From assembly GCA_008369845.1 (NCBI GenBank), contig MRSU01003133.1:1-64000 (forward strand): a stretch of 64,000 nt of DNA, read 5' to 3'. Numbering within the stretch: position 1 is the stretch's first letter; each line of letters begins with the position of its first letter. Position numbers and translations under genes: made by a program. This document shows positions 22,917 through 35,427 of this stretch, in pieces. The notes beneath the pieces are model-generated. The model made no database searches, was not told the DNA's origin, and was given only the letters and a program-made list of their open reading frames with translations. This DNA is from Trichomonas gallinae. Taxonomy: Eukaryota.

Positions 22917-23828
22917 ATGGAGATTCCAGAACGTATTGGTGATTATGTTATCGGCTGCGTTCTGGGCAATGGCTCATCCAGCACTGTTTTCCAGGTGTTT
23001 CATGCTAAAACAAAGAAATGTTACGCAGCGAAATTCATTCCACGCGAAATCTTTTCTCAAGCAAATGAATATCTTAGACATGTAGAATCGGAATTAAGGA
23101 TATTAGAGCGCATAGATCATCCTAATATTGCCAAATATCATGAAACAATATATTTGGAGCACTATATTGTTATCATCACTGAACTGTTAATCAATGGAAC
23201 GCTTACACAACTGTGCAGCCTTAGAACAAAGCTTCCTGAACCCATGATTTACAGATTTATCCAACAAATCGCAGGAGCTCTTGTTTATCTTCATGATAGA
23301 GGTATATATCATAGAGATATCAAGCCAGAAAACATTGCATTCGATGAAAATATGAATGCAAAGCTCATCGACTTTGGATTTTGCGTAGAATCTCCGAAAA
23401 ATTCGATAAATCTTGCCTGCGGAACTCCTTATTATATTGCTCCAGAAGTCATTTATTCGGACACTTATGATGGTGACAAGGCAGATATGTGGTCATTTGG
23501 CATTACACTCTATTATTTGATCAATCACCATTATCCATTCGAAGAATGTTCAACGAAAGACTACATTAAAATGCTTGGAAAGCTAAGAGGATTCACAATT
23601 CCAGGGAATACTAATGTCAAAACTATATTAGAAGGCCTTTTACAAATAGATCCAACAAAGAGAATTTCAGCAGAGCAGTTATATAACTCAAGTGTATTTG
23701 GTACAGATAATAATATACGTTCTAGATCTATTTCTCTCCCATTGATGGCCTCAAAACATATGTCTCCGAAAGCAAATCTTATTGTACGTCCAAATCTTAC
23801 TCCAAACAAGTCATATAATTCCTTATAA
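22917..23828 (+). CDS. CAMK-family Ser/Thr protein kinase
   Basis: LGNGSSS, AAK, HRDIKPEN, DFG, CGTPYYIAPE and DMWSFG motifs; first ATG at 22917. Confidence 0.93.
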   Translation: MEIPERIGDYVIGCVLGNGSSSTVFQVFHAKTKKCYAAKFIPREIFSQANEYLRHVESELRILERIDHPNIAKYHETIYLEHYIVIITELLINGTLTQLCSLRTKLPEPMIYRFIQQIAGALVYLHDRGIYHRDIKPENIAFDENMNAKLIDFGFCVESPKNSINLACGTPYYIAPEVIYSDTYDGDKADMWSFGITLYYLINHHYPFEECSTKDYIKMLGKLRGFTIPGNTNVKTILEGLLQIDPTKRISAEQLYNSSVFGTDNNIRSRSISLPLMASKHMSPKANLIVRPNLTPNKSYNSL

Positions 23829-25120
23829 TGTATAATCATGTATTATTGTTGTTTTATTTAAAATTATTGTTTACCATGCTATTTTTTAATCGTTATTAGT
23901 TTTTGTTAATATAAATAGAGACCTGAAAAGCTTATCTATGCAATGGACTTGTTTTTGGATTTATAAGTTCATTTTTTATCAAATAATTGAAAACATTACT
24001 TTTCTGAAGAGACTTCAAATATTAAGAAGAATAGAAGAGCGTCAGAAACATGTAAAAATAAAAATAAAATCTTATTATTAGGTCTGAAAATAGCTATTGG
24101 AAATAAAACGAGCCTTTTTCAAAATTTGTTGTGCATTGAAAAAATTGAAGGATTTTTTATATTTGAACCCTTCACAAACAAACGTAGTTGTTCCAAAATT
24201 AATTTATTATTTAATAGATTACCAATCTAAGCATATTTAATTTCAATCATGTTTGAAGTTTATCAAAATTAAAACGTGCTCCGAATACCGTATATATTAT
24301 AAATGAAACTATTGGTTAAAGAAATTCGGTCAAATTTGATTTATATTTTCTCACAAAACCTTAAAACTTAATAACTATACTATTTCTTTATATTTATCAA
24401 CTTTTTGAATGCTGTTACGCCCATAAATTAATAAGTTGGTCAGCTGACGATGAACATTTCAATATGTGTGGTCAAATACTCAGCTATACGATTTTATCAG
24501 CCATAATATGTGAACATTCTAAAATAATCATGGATAATTGAAAAAGTTTTTCATAAATTAAGCAATCAGATTAAAAATAAATGTGGATTTAATATTGGTA
24601 TCTGTATCTTATTTCATTTGTGCAAATATTTTTAGCTTTGAAGCAATTTTTGAAATTTCTCTTTTCGATTATAAAACGTATTCATCGGTTCTGATGTATA
24701 TAATTGCTATGGTTGCTCAATAAGTATATTTCATTAACCAATAGTCTATCCATATTATTGAGCAATACAGTTTTCATAATTTTGCCAATAGAGCGATGTA
24801 AATACGAGATTATTCATTTTAATGTAGAATTATATAAATAATCTACCGCTATTTATTGAATCCGTGTTTAATATTTTTGCTGAAATTTAATCATAGGAAA
24901 TTCACCTCTGAAGCTAAAAGGAATAAAAATTATGCGAGATATTGTTCATCATGCATCACTAATATACTAAATTTAAATTTGACAAATAATTAATTAAATG
25001 TCATTTTGTCAATTTTACTTTTTATTCTCATTAGTTAACTAAAAACATCGATTGAATAAACATGATTTATAAATAAAAAAAAATCAAAACTAAACAAAAA
25101 AACTAATAATTCTTTGAACA

Positions 25121-26818
25121 TTATTGACGAGGATGGCGTGAGTTGGCCTATTTGTTTCTGCTCAATAAATTCTTTGCACCAGTTCTTCTTATTTTGACCC
25201 TTCATTTCAAGGCCTTCATAAGTCAATAAACATTACCAACAAGATTTTCAACGACATCATTTATGCTTACCTTTGCATCTTCATTGTATTGTTCGAATGT
25301 TTCTCCATAACTATTTTTGTGGAGATACACTGTATCGAAATGCAGATAATCCATCTGATTCATCATGGCGATGCAATAAGTAACAATCATTTGCAACGGC
25401 ATCTGGTTTGTGTGGGAGCCTGTAGAACACTTCTCTCTTGTAATTCTGAACTTTAGGATGAACTTCACGCTTCTCGAAGAACTCATTATCATGATAGTGA
25501 TTTCTATTGAATTCTGGATTTTCTTTTCGTTTTCTGCCAATGGACCAGTTGGTGTAAGAGTTGGCATTTTACCAACACTATCATTTTGTGTCTTTGAGCC
25601 GAACAAACCATAGAAGCCCTATCCTTGTGACTTTTGTGGTTGATCGTTCTTTTGTGACGAGCCGAATAAGCCCCATCCGCGGCTTTGTTATTTTTCTTCT
25701 TTCTCGGACAATTTAGAAGATTCTTCGTCTTCATCGACAGCTTGGCTCATGGAATTGATAAGCAGCTCATAATCACTTCCTTGTTTCTTCATAGTCTTCC
25801 TTCTCCTACTGCTTGGAGGTGCTTCTGGTTTCTGTATCTTGACTTCACTAAATGATTTAGATGGCGCTGCTTTACCTTCCTGTTGCAATCTCTTCTGGTA
25901 TTGTTGCTTCAATTTATTCATATACCTGATCTTGAAGTGCAAACTTGGATCGTATGCATCAGGATCGTATTTAACTGGGAATAAAACTTTCTTATTCCAG
26001 ACTTTGTTGTCTTCGCATTGCTGGTAGTCATCGGCAGACCAACAATCTTTCATTTCACGCTTGCTGTACTCTTTACGTGCCTGAAGACGATGCTTGAAGT
26101 CGACTGGCTTGTAGTTTATTTTAGTTTTACTCTCGCATTGTTGTGAGTAAATTTCCTGCTAATGATAATGATAAAAGTTCTGTGAATTCTGAAAGGTAGA
26201 TATTTGTTAAGTTCATGTTAGCTAAATGTAGAACAGTAATATAATCTGGAGAAAAACTTTTGTTGAATTTCATTGTAAAGTATCTAACTTTGGGAAGTCT
26301 TATAATCATGTTCCTGAAGAATTCTTGTATTAAATCTTGTGTGACGGTACTTTTGTCTTTATATATTCAGCATATGAAGCACTCGTAACTAATTCTTGAT
26401 TAATTAAATCAATGTTTGGAAATTTAGATATTATCTTCTTTTTGAGTGTTCTATCATCTTGTAAATATGTATTTCTGTAATCGATGGCTTGAAGCTTTGG
26501 ACATGACCTAATTGCAGATAAAATTTGATCATAAGTTTTAATTGGTTTTCCTGACATTTCAAGAATGGTGAGTTCTGCTAATTTCTTTCCAAGTAACGCT
26601 TCAAAATCAAAGTCAGCCAATGATGTGTTTTTTAATTGCAAAACTCTGATTAAAGGGAAATTTGCAAGCTTTCTGAAGAAATCACCTGGATCAGGTATTT
26701 CACCTTCAACGAAGATCTGTTTTATATCACTATAATAGGCATTTTTGTCCTTTACGTTTTTTGGTTTGTAATTTTCTACCATATCATACATTTGTTCACC
26801 AGTAATTATTGGATAGAA
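25121..26818 (-). pseudogene. Disrupted LRR-containing gene, continuing in frame from 26819-27805
   Basis: In frame after the TGA: FYPIITGEQMYD...; LRR-like LRxLxL segments; frameshifts near 26335, 26130 and 25690 and further downstream; coding-like composition to about 25121. Confidence 0.75.
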
Positions 26819-27805
26819 TCACTTATAATGCTTACGAGCATATTTAAAATCGAAATTCGAAGGAAAATCATTCTTTGTTTTAACTTTTTTAACTACAACA
26901 AGTTCTTGGGAGCTTGAATCCGATGAATCGAAGTCATCAATCTTTGAAATCTTCAATCTATCATTTATTGTCAAACTTCGAATAGATTGAGCAACAGAAT
27001 AAGCTTGAGGTAGTTTGTATTGAACATATGAACTGAGTGTATCTGCATCGATAGTTGGATCGCTTTCTTCTTCATCAGGGACGAATGTTGAAGAATCAAT
27101 ATTGAATTCTCTTTGTGGCTCGATAAAACTGACAGCATCGATTTCACCATTAAGTGAAGCTATTAAATTATTAATGTATTCGATGTTTTCATCTGATAGA
27201 TTGCAGTTTGATAAATCAAACGATTTTAGTTTGATTTTTTGTCCTTCAATCGGTTGCATTTTAATAAACTCGATAATACTATCAAATGACTCGTTAGTAA
27301 TACTACATCCGTTGAAAGATAATTCTTGAAATTGATATGGACTGATTCTGTTTAAAAGTATTTGAAAATTGTAATCTGATACTTCTATATTTTTGAATGA
27401 AAATGATTTTAGTGTTGTACATCTCGAAATTGATTCGAATAATAATTTTTGATGCTCAAATGAGATATCCATGTTCGACATGTGTAATGATTTAAGTAAT
27501 TTAGATTTTGGAAGTATCGCTGTAAGAATTTTAATTAAATGTCGAATATAATTCTTTTTCTGCGCCATTATTGAATTATCGATAATTTCTTTTTTCTTTT
27601 TGTCTTTATTTTCAGATGCTTTGTATTTTCTATCGTATGCACAAGTGAAATATATATTTTCGATTTTTTTATAAATCATATTCGGTAAAGTGTTGTAGAA
27701 TGGATCATATATCTTCGCTGGAATCAAAGAAAGGTCGAATGTGCAAGCTTCCATGTTTCCGTTTCCTAATTTATACATTGCTTCTGTCGGGAAAATCTTC
27801 GTCAT
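26819..27805 (-). CDS. RNI-like leucine-rich repeat protein (possibly the truncated 5' part of a longer disrupted gene)
   Basis: LKSLHMSNMDI, FQELSFNGCSIT and LKSFDLSNCNLS repeats. Confidence 0.7.
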   Translation of the reverse strand: MTKIFPTEAMYKLGNGNMEACTFDLSLIPAKIYDPFYNTLPNMIYKKIENIYFTCAYDRKYKASENKDKKKKEIIDNSIMAQKKNYIRHLIKILTAILPKSKLLKSLHMSNMDISFEHQKLLFESISRCTTLKSFSFKNIEVSDYNFQILLNRISPYQFQELSFNGCSITNESFDSIIEFIKMQPIEGQKIKLKSFDLSNCNLSDENIEYINNLIASLNGEIDAVSFIEPQREFNIDSSTFVPDEEESDPTIDADTLSSYVQYKLPQAYSVAQSIRSLTINDRLKISKIDDFDSSDSSSQELVVVKKVKTKNDFPSNFDFKYARKHYK

Positions 27806-28679
27806 TTTATCGTAAGAAAAAAAACTGATTCAGTTATATTCTAATTCCGCTGGTTTTCAATAAATTTACTGATATAAACACAGAAAAATTAATTAAAATT
27901 CGCTGTTATCGAGAAAAAAAATTATGAACTTGAAAATTCGTCATTAGAATAAGTATATCAGTTGATAATCAGTTAACTTACCATTTAAGATAGTCCAGTG
28001 CTTCTACAAACGTTCATATGTTTTAATAAATCAATCACAAAATATCATTACCACAATATAATAAAGATTGTCATGTATCGAGACGAGTTGTTCTTATTTA
28101 CCATATTATTGATTTTCATTCAAAAAAAAATTAAATCGAGTATATCTTGATTTATTGAAAGAATTTTTGAAATATAAATAGTGAAATTTGTTGAGCATGA
28201 TTTATAGTATGCTTTAGATGATTTTAAAAAAACGAATAATGATTAATATTTCACAAAAATGGAGATTTTTCATAGATTTTTATATGTATTTTATAATGAT
28301 TACGATATTTTCAAATCCGTTGGATTTCAGGAATTATCAAATAATAGTGTATAAATGGACAAAACAAGCATAAATCTATAAGAATTATTGAGTTATCCAT
28401 TCATTTTTCGAATTTTGCATCTGATTTTGTTGTATTGGTTAAATCATCACATTGAAGACTTCCTTAGTCCAAATATGTTACGTGGTTAAAGTATAAATCA
28501 AAATATCCAACCCTATCATTTTTTTTCTACAAGAAATTGTATAGACCCTACATAATTTTATCAGACCCTGATTAAAATTAATTCACTTCACTTTTAGTTA
28601 TATTCTGCTACATTTTTATTATCTTAGCCTAAAAACGAAATATTTGATATAAGGTTAATTTTTCTGAAAATTAATTTGA

Positions 28680-29729
28680 ATGAGTTTAAAATTTTCTATG
28701 CAAAATGATCTTTATGAAATCATTGGCGTGTCAAGCGATGCAACCAAGGAAGAGATCAAGCGCAAGTATAAGCAGCTCGCAATGGAATTCCATCCGGACA
28801 AAAATCCTGATAATGTCGAATATGCAAATAAAAAATTCGCTGAAATAACGAATGCGTACAAAATACTTATAGATGACCAAGAAAGAAGACAGTATGATAT
28901 GACTGGATCATTACCTGGTCGAAAATCATCATCTAGGTCTCCATATTCGTCTCCAGGTCGATCTCAGCTTGATGATTTGTATGATCAGTTTTATGGTCCA
29001 TCAGGTGTACCTTCAAATAGCTCAGAAATACCATCTCGTGTAAAACCTGCGGTTCCAAAGATGCAATCAGCACCACTTAGACCAAATCCAGGTCCTACTC
29101 CAACATTTGCGCCAAGCTCTGCTCCATATAGACCAGAAAGGTCGAATTTTGGTGTTTGCTCGGCTGCGCAAAGCGAAGTTGATGATGAGGAAGAGGAATC
29201 TTTATCATCACTTATTGGCAATATCATTGTTAAAGTATACTGCACGCTAGAAGAATTACATAACGGGACAAAGAAAGTCTTCAAAGTTGCAAGATGCCGT
29301 GAAGGTCAAATAGAAACAAAGAACTGCACTGTTTCTTTGTATCCGGGCATAGAAACTGGTGCCGAAATTGTAGCATCTGGCCAAGGAAATAAGCAAATTA
29401 ACAAACCGGCAGATGATATAATATTCAAAATTTACGAAGTCCCGCATCCAAGATTCAAGAGAATAGAAAACGACATCCAAGAAACAGTAAATATCAGTCT
29501 CAAACAGGCACTTCTCGGTTTCACATTAAGAACAACAGATATAAGCGGAAAACCAGTAGTAAAACAAATAAGCGGACCAATACATCCGGATTATACGGAA
29601 GTTATTCCTGGATGCGGAATGGCTGTTGCTAAATCAGAGCAGCGTGGCAATTTTATTATTAAGTTAAAGGTAGAATATCCAACATCATTAACACAAGAAC
29701 AACGTGATGCTATCGAAAAACTGTTTTGA
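28680..29729 (+). CDS. DnaJ/Hsp40 type II co-chaperone
   Basis: J domain with HPDKN, Pro/Ser-rich linker, C-terminal CTLEEL...ISLKQALLG domain, no Zn finger; start could be 28680 or 28698. Confidence 0.93.
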   Translation: MSLKFSMQNDLYEIIGVSSDATKEEIKRKYKQLAMEFHPDKNPDNVEYANKKFAEITNAYKILIDDQERRQYDMTGSLPGRKSSSRSPYSSPGRSQLDDLYDQFYGPSGVPSNSSEIPSRVKPAVPKMQSAPLRPNPGPTPTFAPSSAPYRPERSNFGVCSAAQSEVDDEEEESLSSLIGNIIVKVYCTLEELHNGTKKVFKVARCREGQIETKNCTVSLYPGIETGAEIVASGQGNKQINKPADDIIFKIYEVPHPRFKRIENDIQETVNISLKQALLGFTLRTTDISGKPVVKQISGPIHPDYTEVIPGCGMAVAKSEQRGNFIIKLKVEYPTSLTQEQRDAIEKLF

Positions 29730-30127
29730 TTTATGATATGCGAATCAATTGTTTACATTTTATATTTGTATTATATTTTTTTTTAAAGTTTGTATATGTT
29801 TTTAATGTTTATCTCAACTAGCACAAACACTTTTTATCTACTATCTTAAGCAAATTAGATAATATTGTAAAAATATTTTGAGGAAAAAATATTGCAATTT
29901 TTGAACCATGATTATGTGGTATTCTCAATATATATGCCTGTATTATATGGAAATAAACGATATTTGACTGCTTTGCTCATCATATTTTGATCGTTATAAA
30001 AAATTTCAGGGCAAAAAATAAATTTAAGATCAAAAATTGTATTTATTCTAGTACAATTTGCATGTGATTGTGTATAAAAATGCTTGAAATTAAGTATCAT
30101 GCAGTAACTCTAATTAAACAGTTTATT

Positions 30128-30577
30128 TTATTGTTCTGGTTTCGCTGCCTTTCCAGCTGGATCTAATTCTGGCGGTGGATGCTGCAAAACATCCAATAAT
30201 TTTTGAGTTGTTCGCTGAATCTTCTTTGTCCATTCTTCTTCCGGCGTATTGGAGAACTGTTTCATTTTGGAATCAAAGTAGACCTTTGACTCCATTGCCA
30301 TATGCGTGAAAAGAGCATCAGGTCCGTTATATGTTTTTGCATTCGTCCAGATCAAGCCCATATCGCGCTCAAATTGTTCTATCGAAGAATATGAATTATT
30401 TTTGAGTTTTTTGAGAACTTCTCTGAGTGACATTGGCTCTTTGATAATTTGGAGGTAATCTGGAGCTCCATCCTTCTCTGGATCTACTAGATCGACAAAC
30501 GGAAGACAAATCGGCTTGTTAATAAGCTTGTCGACAAGTTTAACAAGCTTTTCTGTTTGAAATTTGCTCAGACTCAT
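30128..30577 (-). CDS. Bromodomain-containing protein
   Basis: PFVDLVDP..APDYLQIIKEPMSL...LIWTNAKTYN with the conserved Asn; AAAGTGAC at 30584-30591 (-). Confidence 0.93.
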   Translation of the reverse strand: MSLSKFQTEKLVKLVDKLINKPICLPFVDLVDPEKDGAPDYLQIIKEPMSLREVLKKLKNNSYSSIEQFERDMGLIWTNAKTYNGPDALFTHMAMESKVYFDSKMKQFSNTPEEEWTKKIQRTTQKLLDVLQHPPPELDPAGKAAKPEQ

Positions 30578-31166
30578 AGGAATGTCACTTTTAAACTATT
30601 TTGACATATGTCAAAAATTATTATTTTTTCCACGATCAAAAAAAGTTTAGTTTTATACTTCTATTACTTTATTAATCAATAATATAGCACATAAGGAACT
30701 ATATTTAATAGCTTTAACATCCTAAAAAGGCGAAAAATTAATTTCGATAACTTTTTAATGATTTCATAAGAAAAGGATTAGTGTACTGTTATTAATAGAA
30801 CTCTTATATGCTTATGATCTTATTTAAAAGGTGAAATAAATAAGAATTTTGTTTTGGAATAAAATCAAGATATATTAACTGGTCGAACTAAATTCAATTT
30901 ATATAGGAATTCATTATATCATATACGTGTTTATTCGATGAGTTTTCATTGTATCCAAAATTTGGAAGTGAATTTGCTAAAATGAACATATAATATACAG
31001 CTGCACACCAATGTACTATTTTTCTATAAATCAGATAATGGAGAATTCGATGAAATTTCGTTTTTCGATATTTTTTGAAACAATAGAAGTTCAGGCGCAT
31101 AACTGGAAAGAAATACAATATTTTTAGAAGATAGACATTTAGTATATATAATATAAATAAAAACAA

Positions 31167-32165
31167 TTATTCAACAAAAATTCCGATTCCGTCAAGTATT
31201 GAGAACCAAACAATTAAGGTTGGGACACAAAGAACAGTTGTCCAGAAGATCATTGTTGAAGCGCAGCCTTCACCAAGATGAGCTCCAGATGTAATTGCAT
31301 AAGATGCGACAGCTGTTGGCTGAGCACCAATGATCATGCACTGGCGAGAAACATGTGCACTCATTCCGAGAGCTTTGCACCAAAGGCCGGCGAAAATTGG
31401 GCCAATGAAGCAGCGAACGATGATGCAGAAAATAAATTGAAGCCAGCCGCATGAAATAAGAGAGTGCTGAGCGAGGAAGACGCCAACACAAACTAGAGCA
31501 AGAGCGAAAACCATATCACCTGCGTATTGGAATAAACGATCAAGGAAAATTGGATATTTGATATTGCATGCGGAATAGATAATACCAATAACGTTACCAA
31601 TAAGAATAGGAGACTTAATAACACCAAGTAAAACTCTTCCGATGATTGAAAATGTGAATTTCTCAGGTGGAAGGCCGTTTTCAACTCTCTTTCTGTTTTG
31701 TGCAACAACATTATAAACTCCAACCATAACAAGGAAGATTGGTGATGAGATAAGATCGTTGGAAATCATCATCATAGAAACCATGACGTTCTCTTTAGCT
31801 GGCCACAAAGCATTGAAAACTGGAATACCGGAAATGATGTAGTTAATGTAGGCGCATGGGAAAACCGTGCTAAGGTATGCAGCGAGACGATCCTTGAATG
31901 GATAAACCATCATTAAAGCGACTGCGCAATATGTAGAAATACTCATTAAAGCTGCAATACCAAATGGCTGGAAGTCAAGCTCTTTTAGTTTTTTTGGAGC
32001 AATACCTCTTATAATAAGGGGCATGAAACCAATAAAGAAGACAACTCCATTCAATGAGCCACTGTCTTTGAGTGTAACGATCCTAAGCTTGGCTAATATG
32101 AAGCCTACTGCAATAATCAGCAGCATGGAGACGCCGACTTGGATAACATTCACGTAGTTCGTCAT
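31167..32165 (-). CDS. Auxin efflux carrier (AEC/Mem_trans) family transporter
   Basis: About 10 TM helices in two halves; NYIISGIPV, KSPILIG and QPTAVASY motifs. Confidence 0.88.
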   Translation of the reverse strand: MTNYVNVIQVGVSMLLIIAVGFILAKLRIVTLKDSGSLNGVVFFIGFMPLIIRGIAPKKLKELDFQPFGIAALMSISTYCAVALMMVYPFKDRLAAYLSTVFPCAYINYIISGIPVFNALWPAKENVMVSMMMISNDLISSPIFLVMVGVYNVVAQNRKRVENGLPPEKFTFSIIGRVLLGVIKSPILIGNVIGIIYSACNIKYPIFLDRLFQYAGDMVFALALVCVGVFLAQHSLISCGWLQFIFCIIVRCFIGPIFAGLWCKALGMSAHVSRQCMIIGAQPTAVASYAITSGAHLGEGCASTMIFWTTVLCVPTLIVWFSILDGIGIFVE

Positions 32166-33537
32166 TCTTTATTGTTTAATAATAATTTCAAAGCCCGTTA
32201 AGCCGATATTCACAAAAAATTGTTTGTAACATGGTCATCCTTGTTTACTATCATATATCATTATTAAATAGTTTTTATTTTTAAAGAACGATTCTTTTTT
32301 GAGAGGCACTTTTTTATTACTCAAACAAATTTTTCTTAAAATTTTGTTCTATCATATTAAAACATATAATTTAATATTATAGTAATCAGAAATTTCAATT
32401 CAAAATTTTCGATGTTTGAAATGACAGTTCCATTAGACTACTTCTAAAATGCAAATATTTGCAAAATAAGGCCGAAAATTGACCACTTAGTGGATTTTCT
32501 ACTAATTTTAGTAGATTCATTATTATCAATATAATTGATCCTTATTTTCGCAATTTCGAGCCAAAATTATCTGGATCCAAAAAACAACATTCGAAATTTT
32601 GAAGTTGCATTCACGGGCATGGTCAAGAATTAGCAATACTAATCGGATTTGCTGTTTATTTAAACTAAACTTGAACACATTTAATTTTTTTCTGTGTCGT
32701 AAAAGGATTTTTATTTACAATTTATCCTTCTTGACAAATCATCTTTACTTATCGCTTTACAAGGCAAAAATAAATTATATTATTTTAGAGCACATCAGAA
32801 AATAGCCCAAATCTCTATAAATCTTATTAGAACACTTCATGTAATAAGCACATGCCTCAAACAATTCGAATTCTTTCAATTTCAAACTAAATTTCTTAAA
32901 TAATTTCAAAATGAAATATTATATTCAAATTATACTCGATATTGCAACTGAGAACAATAACTTTATTAAATTATATCATTATTACCTTCTGAATATTTTA
33001 TTCATTTGAGAATGGCATGAAATTTGAAAATATGGTATATCAAAATCTTTTTCTAAATTAATTAAGCAACAAAAATTCTATGGTAATCTCGAGAGTAAAC
33101 ATATTTATAATTAGTTTGAGCTTCTTACTAATGGAAAAGTCGAGATATATTATTCCCAATTGAAAAAACAGGAGATATGCGATCATATGTCAATAATTTA
33201 AATTTTAAAATTTATAGTCCTTTATTTTCTAATGCCAAATTGTTGTAAAATAAGTTTTCCTATCATCAGAAATTTTCACAATGAGTAACCACTAATTATT
33301 TTATTTTAAATCATTATTTGGCTACCTCATAAACTCATATAAACATATAGTTATTCAAAGATAAGAAGCCGCTAATTATTCTTCAAAAATATGGGGAAAA
33401 ACAGACCAAAAATCGTAACAAATGCACACAACTTTTTAAAGGATGCAAACGAAATTTAACCCCTTGCTTGTTACGACCCGGTAAGTAAGAATTATTTTAT
33501 TGGAAAATAAATAAACGATTGCTATGAATAAACGAAT

Positions 33538-33870
33538 TTAGTATTTAAGACCCCAAACAGTAACAATGCATTGGAGGCCCTTGCCTGAGTACTGGTATGT
33601 CTGGCTTCCATCGTTCTGTGGATCCCAAAGTGACATAGTAACTGTATGAACGCCGTTGGACTTCTGAGAAAGAATAAGGCAGTTAGCAAGATACTTGAAT
33701 GGCTGGAATTCATCTTTTCCAAGTTCCTGGAGGATTCCACGGATAATATCCTCACTCCAGCCCTTGATCTGTGTGCCAACATATTCCTTGTTGTCAAGTA
33801 CACGCTTAACATTTTTCTCGCAGATTTGACCGATCTTTTCTTTGTTGTCTGAGAATGTTGAGTTGGACAT
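33538..33870 (-). CDS. Tctex-1 family dynein light chain
   Basis: PFKYLANCLILSQK..G...SLWDPQNDG...CIVTVWG. Confidence 0.92.
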   Translation of the reverse strand: MSNSTFSDNKEKIGQICEKNVKRVLDNKEYVGTQIKGWSEDIIRGILQELGKDEFQPFKYLANCLILSQKSNGVHTVTMSLWDPQNDGSQTYQYSGKGLQCIVTVWGLKY

Positions 33871-33888
33871 TCAAAGAAGCGTTTAAAA

Positions 33889-33896
33889 TAACCGTT
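33889..33896 (-). promoter_or_regulatory. M3-type (Myb-like) element AACGGTTA upstream of Tctex-1
   Basis: Minus strand reads aacggttattttaaacgcttctttgaATG; a second M3-type GGCGGTTA lies at 53269-53276 (+). Confidence 0.55.
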
Positions 33897-34641
33897 CGAT
33901 TATTTTTCAAACAACAAGAAAAAAGTTAACAGACTTATTCAATTTTATTTTATTGCTATCCGACCTAATCTATGTCACGCGCGATCAAAGACCAACAATT
34001 TTTATCACATCTGACACGTAAAATATAAACCAAGAAATGTCATATTAAACTCATCTCATAAGAACACATTAACTACATTGTCTAGAAATGAATATAGATC
34101 CAGTATATTCATGTGAAACATGTTTTATTTGTTCCAATGCAAAAATATTGATATATTTTTCCCCAAAATGCAAAAATATTTTCCCCGAAATTCATTATTG
34201 ACATGTAAAATATGCTAATTTCATTATGCAACCCTTGAATTAAAAGTATTCAGTTTCATGTCTTATTGCTTAACATGACACTAAACAGCTTAGATTTTTG
34301 ATTATCATATTCGTTTAACCCTTAATAATATTAAATCATTATTATTTCGGTTTAAATGGATTCGCACTATATAATCATATTCAGTTGGCAAATTTCTGAA
34401 AATTTATAACGACTTTTAATTTGATATAACAGATTAAAAGTCTGGAAATCAAGAAATAATATTTTTGTCATGTAAAATAGTTTTGTCAAAAATTCAAATT
34501 TGTTGAAATTTGCATTTTGAACTCCAATTTCATGATTAATCATATATATGTATAATTTTAAGACTAATAATGAAATAAAATTTGATACTTCAAAAAGCGT
34601 CAGTTTTTAGTTTACAAATATTAACGTGCAAAAAATTCATA

Positions 34642-35070
34642 ATGTCCTTTGATAATCAGTATTTACGCGATAAACTCGGCGATGTCCTCGTCCAAGGCCT
34701 CAAAGAGACCGCGCTTGAGGATCCAGCAGATCCAATTGATTTCTTAGCCCATTGGCTTTTGCATCATCGTGATGTTGAAGATCAGTGGAAAGAATTTCGT
34801 GAAGAACAGAAGAAATTAACACAGGAAAAGGCAGAATTCATGGCCCAGCGCGAAGCAGAAATGAAGCGCCTCGAAGAGGAAAGAAAGGCACGTGAAGCGG
34901 AAGAAGCAAGACTTGCTGAAGAGAAAAAGCGCTTAGCTGAGGAAGAAGCTAAGAGAAAGCAGTCTGGCGAAGAGGAAGAGGAAGGAACAGAGTCGAAGGA
35001 AGATACAACAACTACAGAAACAGGCGAAACTGAAACTGGTTACTCCGAATCGTTAGGTGATACTTATTAA
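34642..35070 (+). CDS. Dpy-30 motif protein with charged coiled-coil tail (DYDC/radial-spoke-like)
   Basis: YLRDKLGDVLVQGLKETALEDPADPIDFLAHWLL; ATG at 34642 directly after Inr-like ttcata. Confidence 0.88.
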   Translation: MSFDNQYLRDKLGDVLVQGLKETALEDPADPIDFLAHWLLHHRDVEDQWKEFREEQKKLTQEKAEFMAQREAEMKRLEEERKAREAEEARLAEEKKRLAEEEAKRKQSGEEEEEGTESKEDTTTTETGETETGYSESLGDTY

Positions 35071-35427
35071 ATATTTTGGTTATTATTTCTTAATAAATTT
35101 GCTTTTAAGTTACTTTAAATCTAGCCTTCAAATCCTTATTATTTTTATCAACGTATATTGTTATTTCTAATTATGCAATATCCTTACCACCAGATGCCGT
35201 TTATCTCATATATAACTCTAATTCCTTTGACTTATGATCTGATTTTATAGAAAATATTATGAAAAAAAAAAATATTATCGATAATAACATATTTCACTAA
35301 TGAAAATGATATCATAATGCCTGATATATAACATTTTATGTGTAATGAATTCATTATTTTGCATATTTACAATTTTGATAAAATATTTGAAAATAATGAT
35401 ATAATAAAGGTTTATGATATAAATTTT

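Noticed and set aside
25121..26791. Spliceosomal introns explaining the fragmented ORFs
   Set aside because: No trichomonad-type GTAYGT ... ACTAACACACAG signals were seen at the breakpoints
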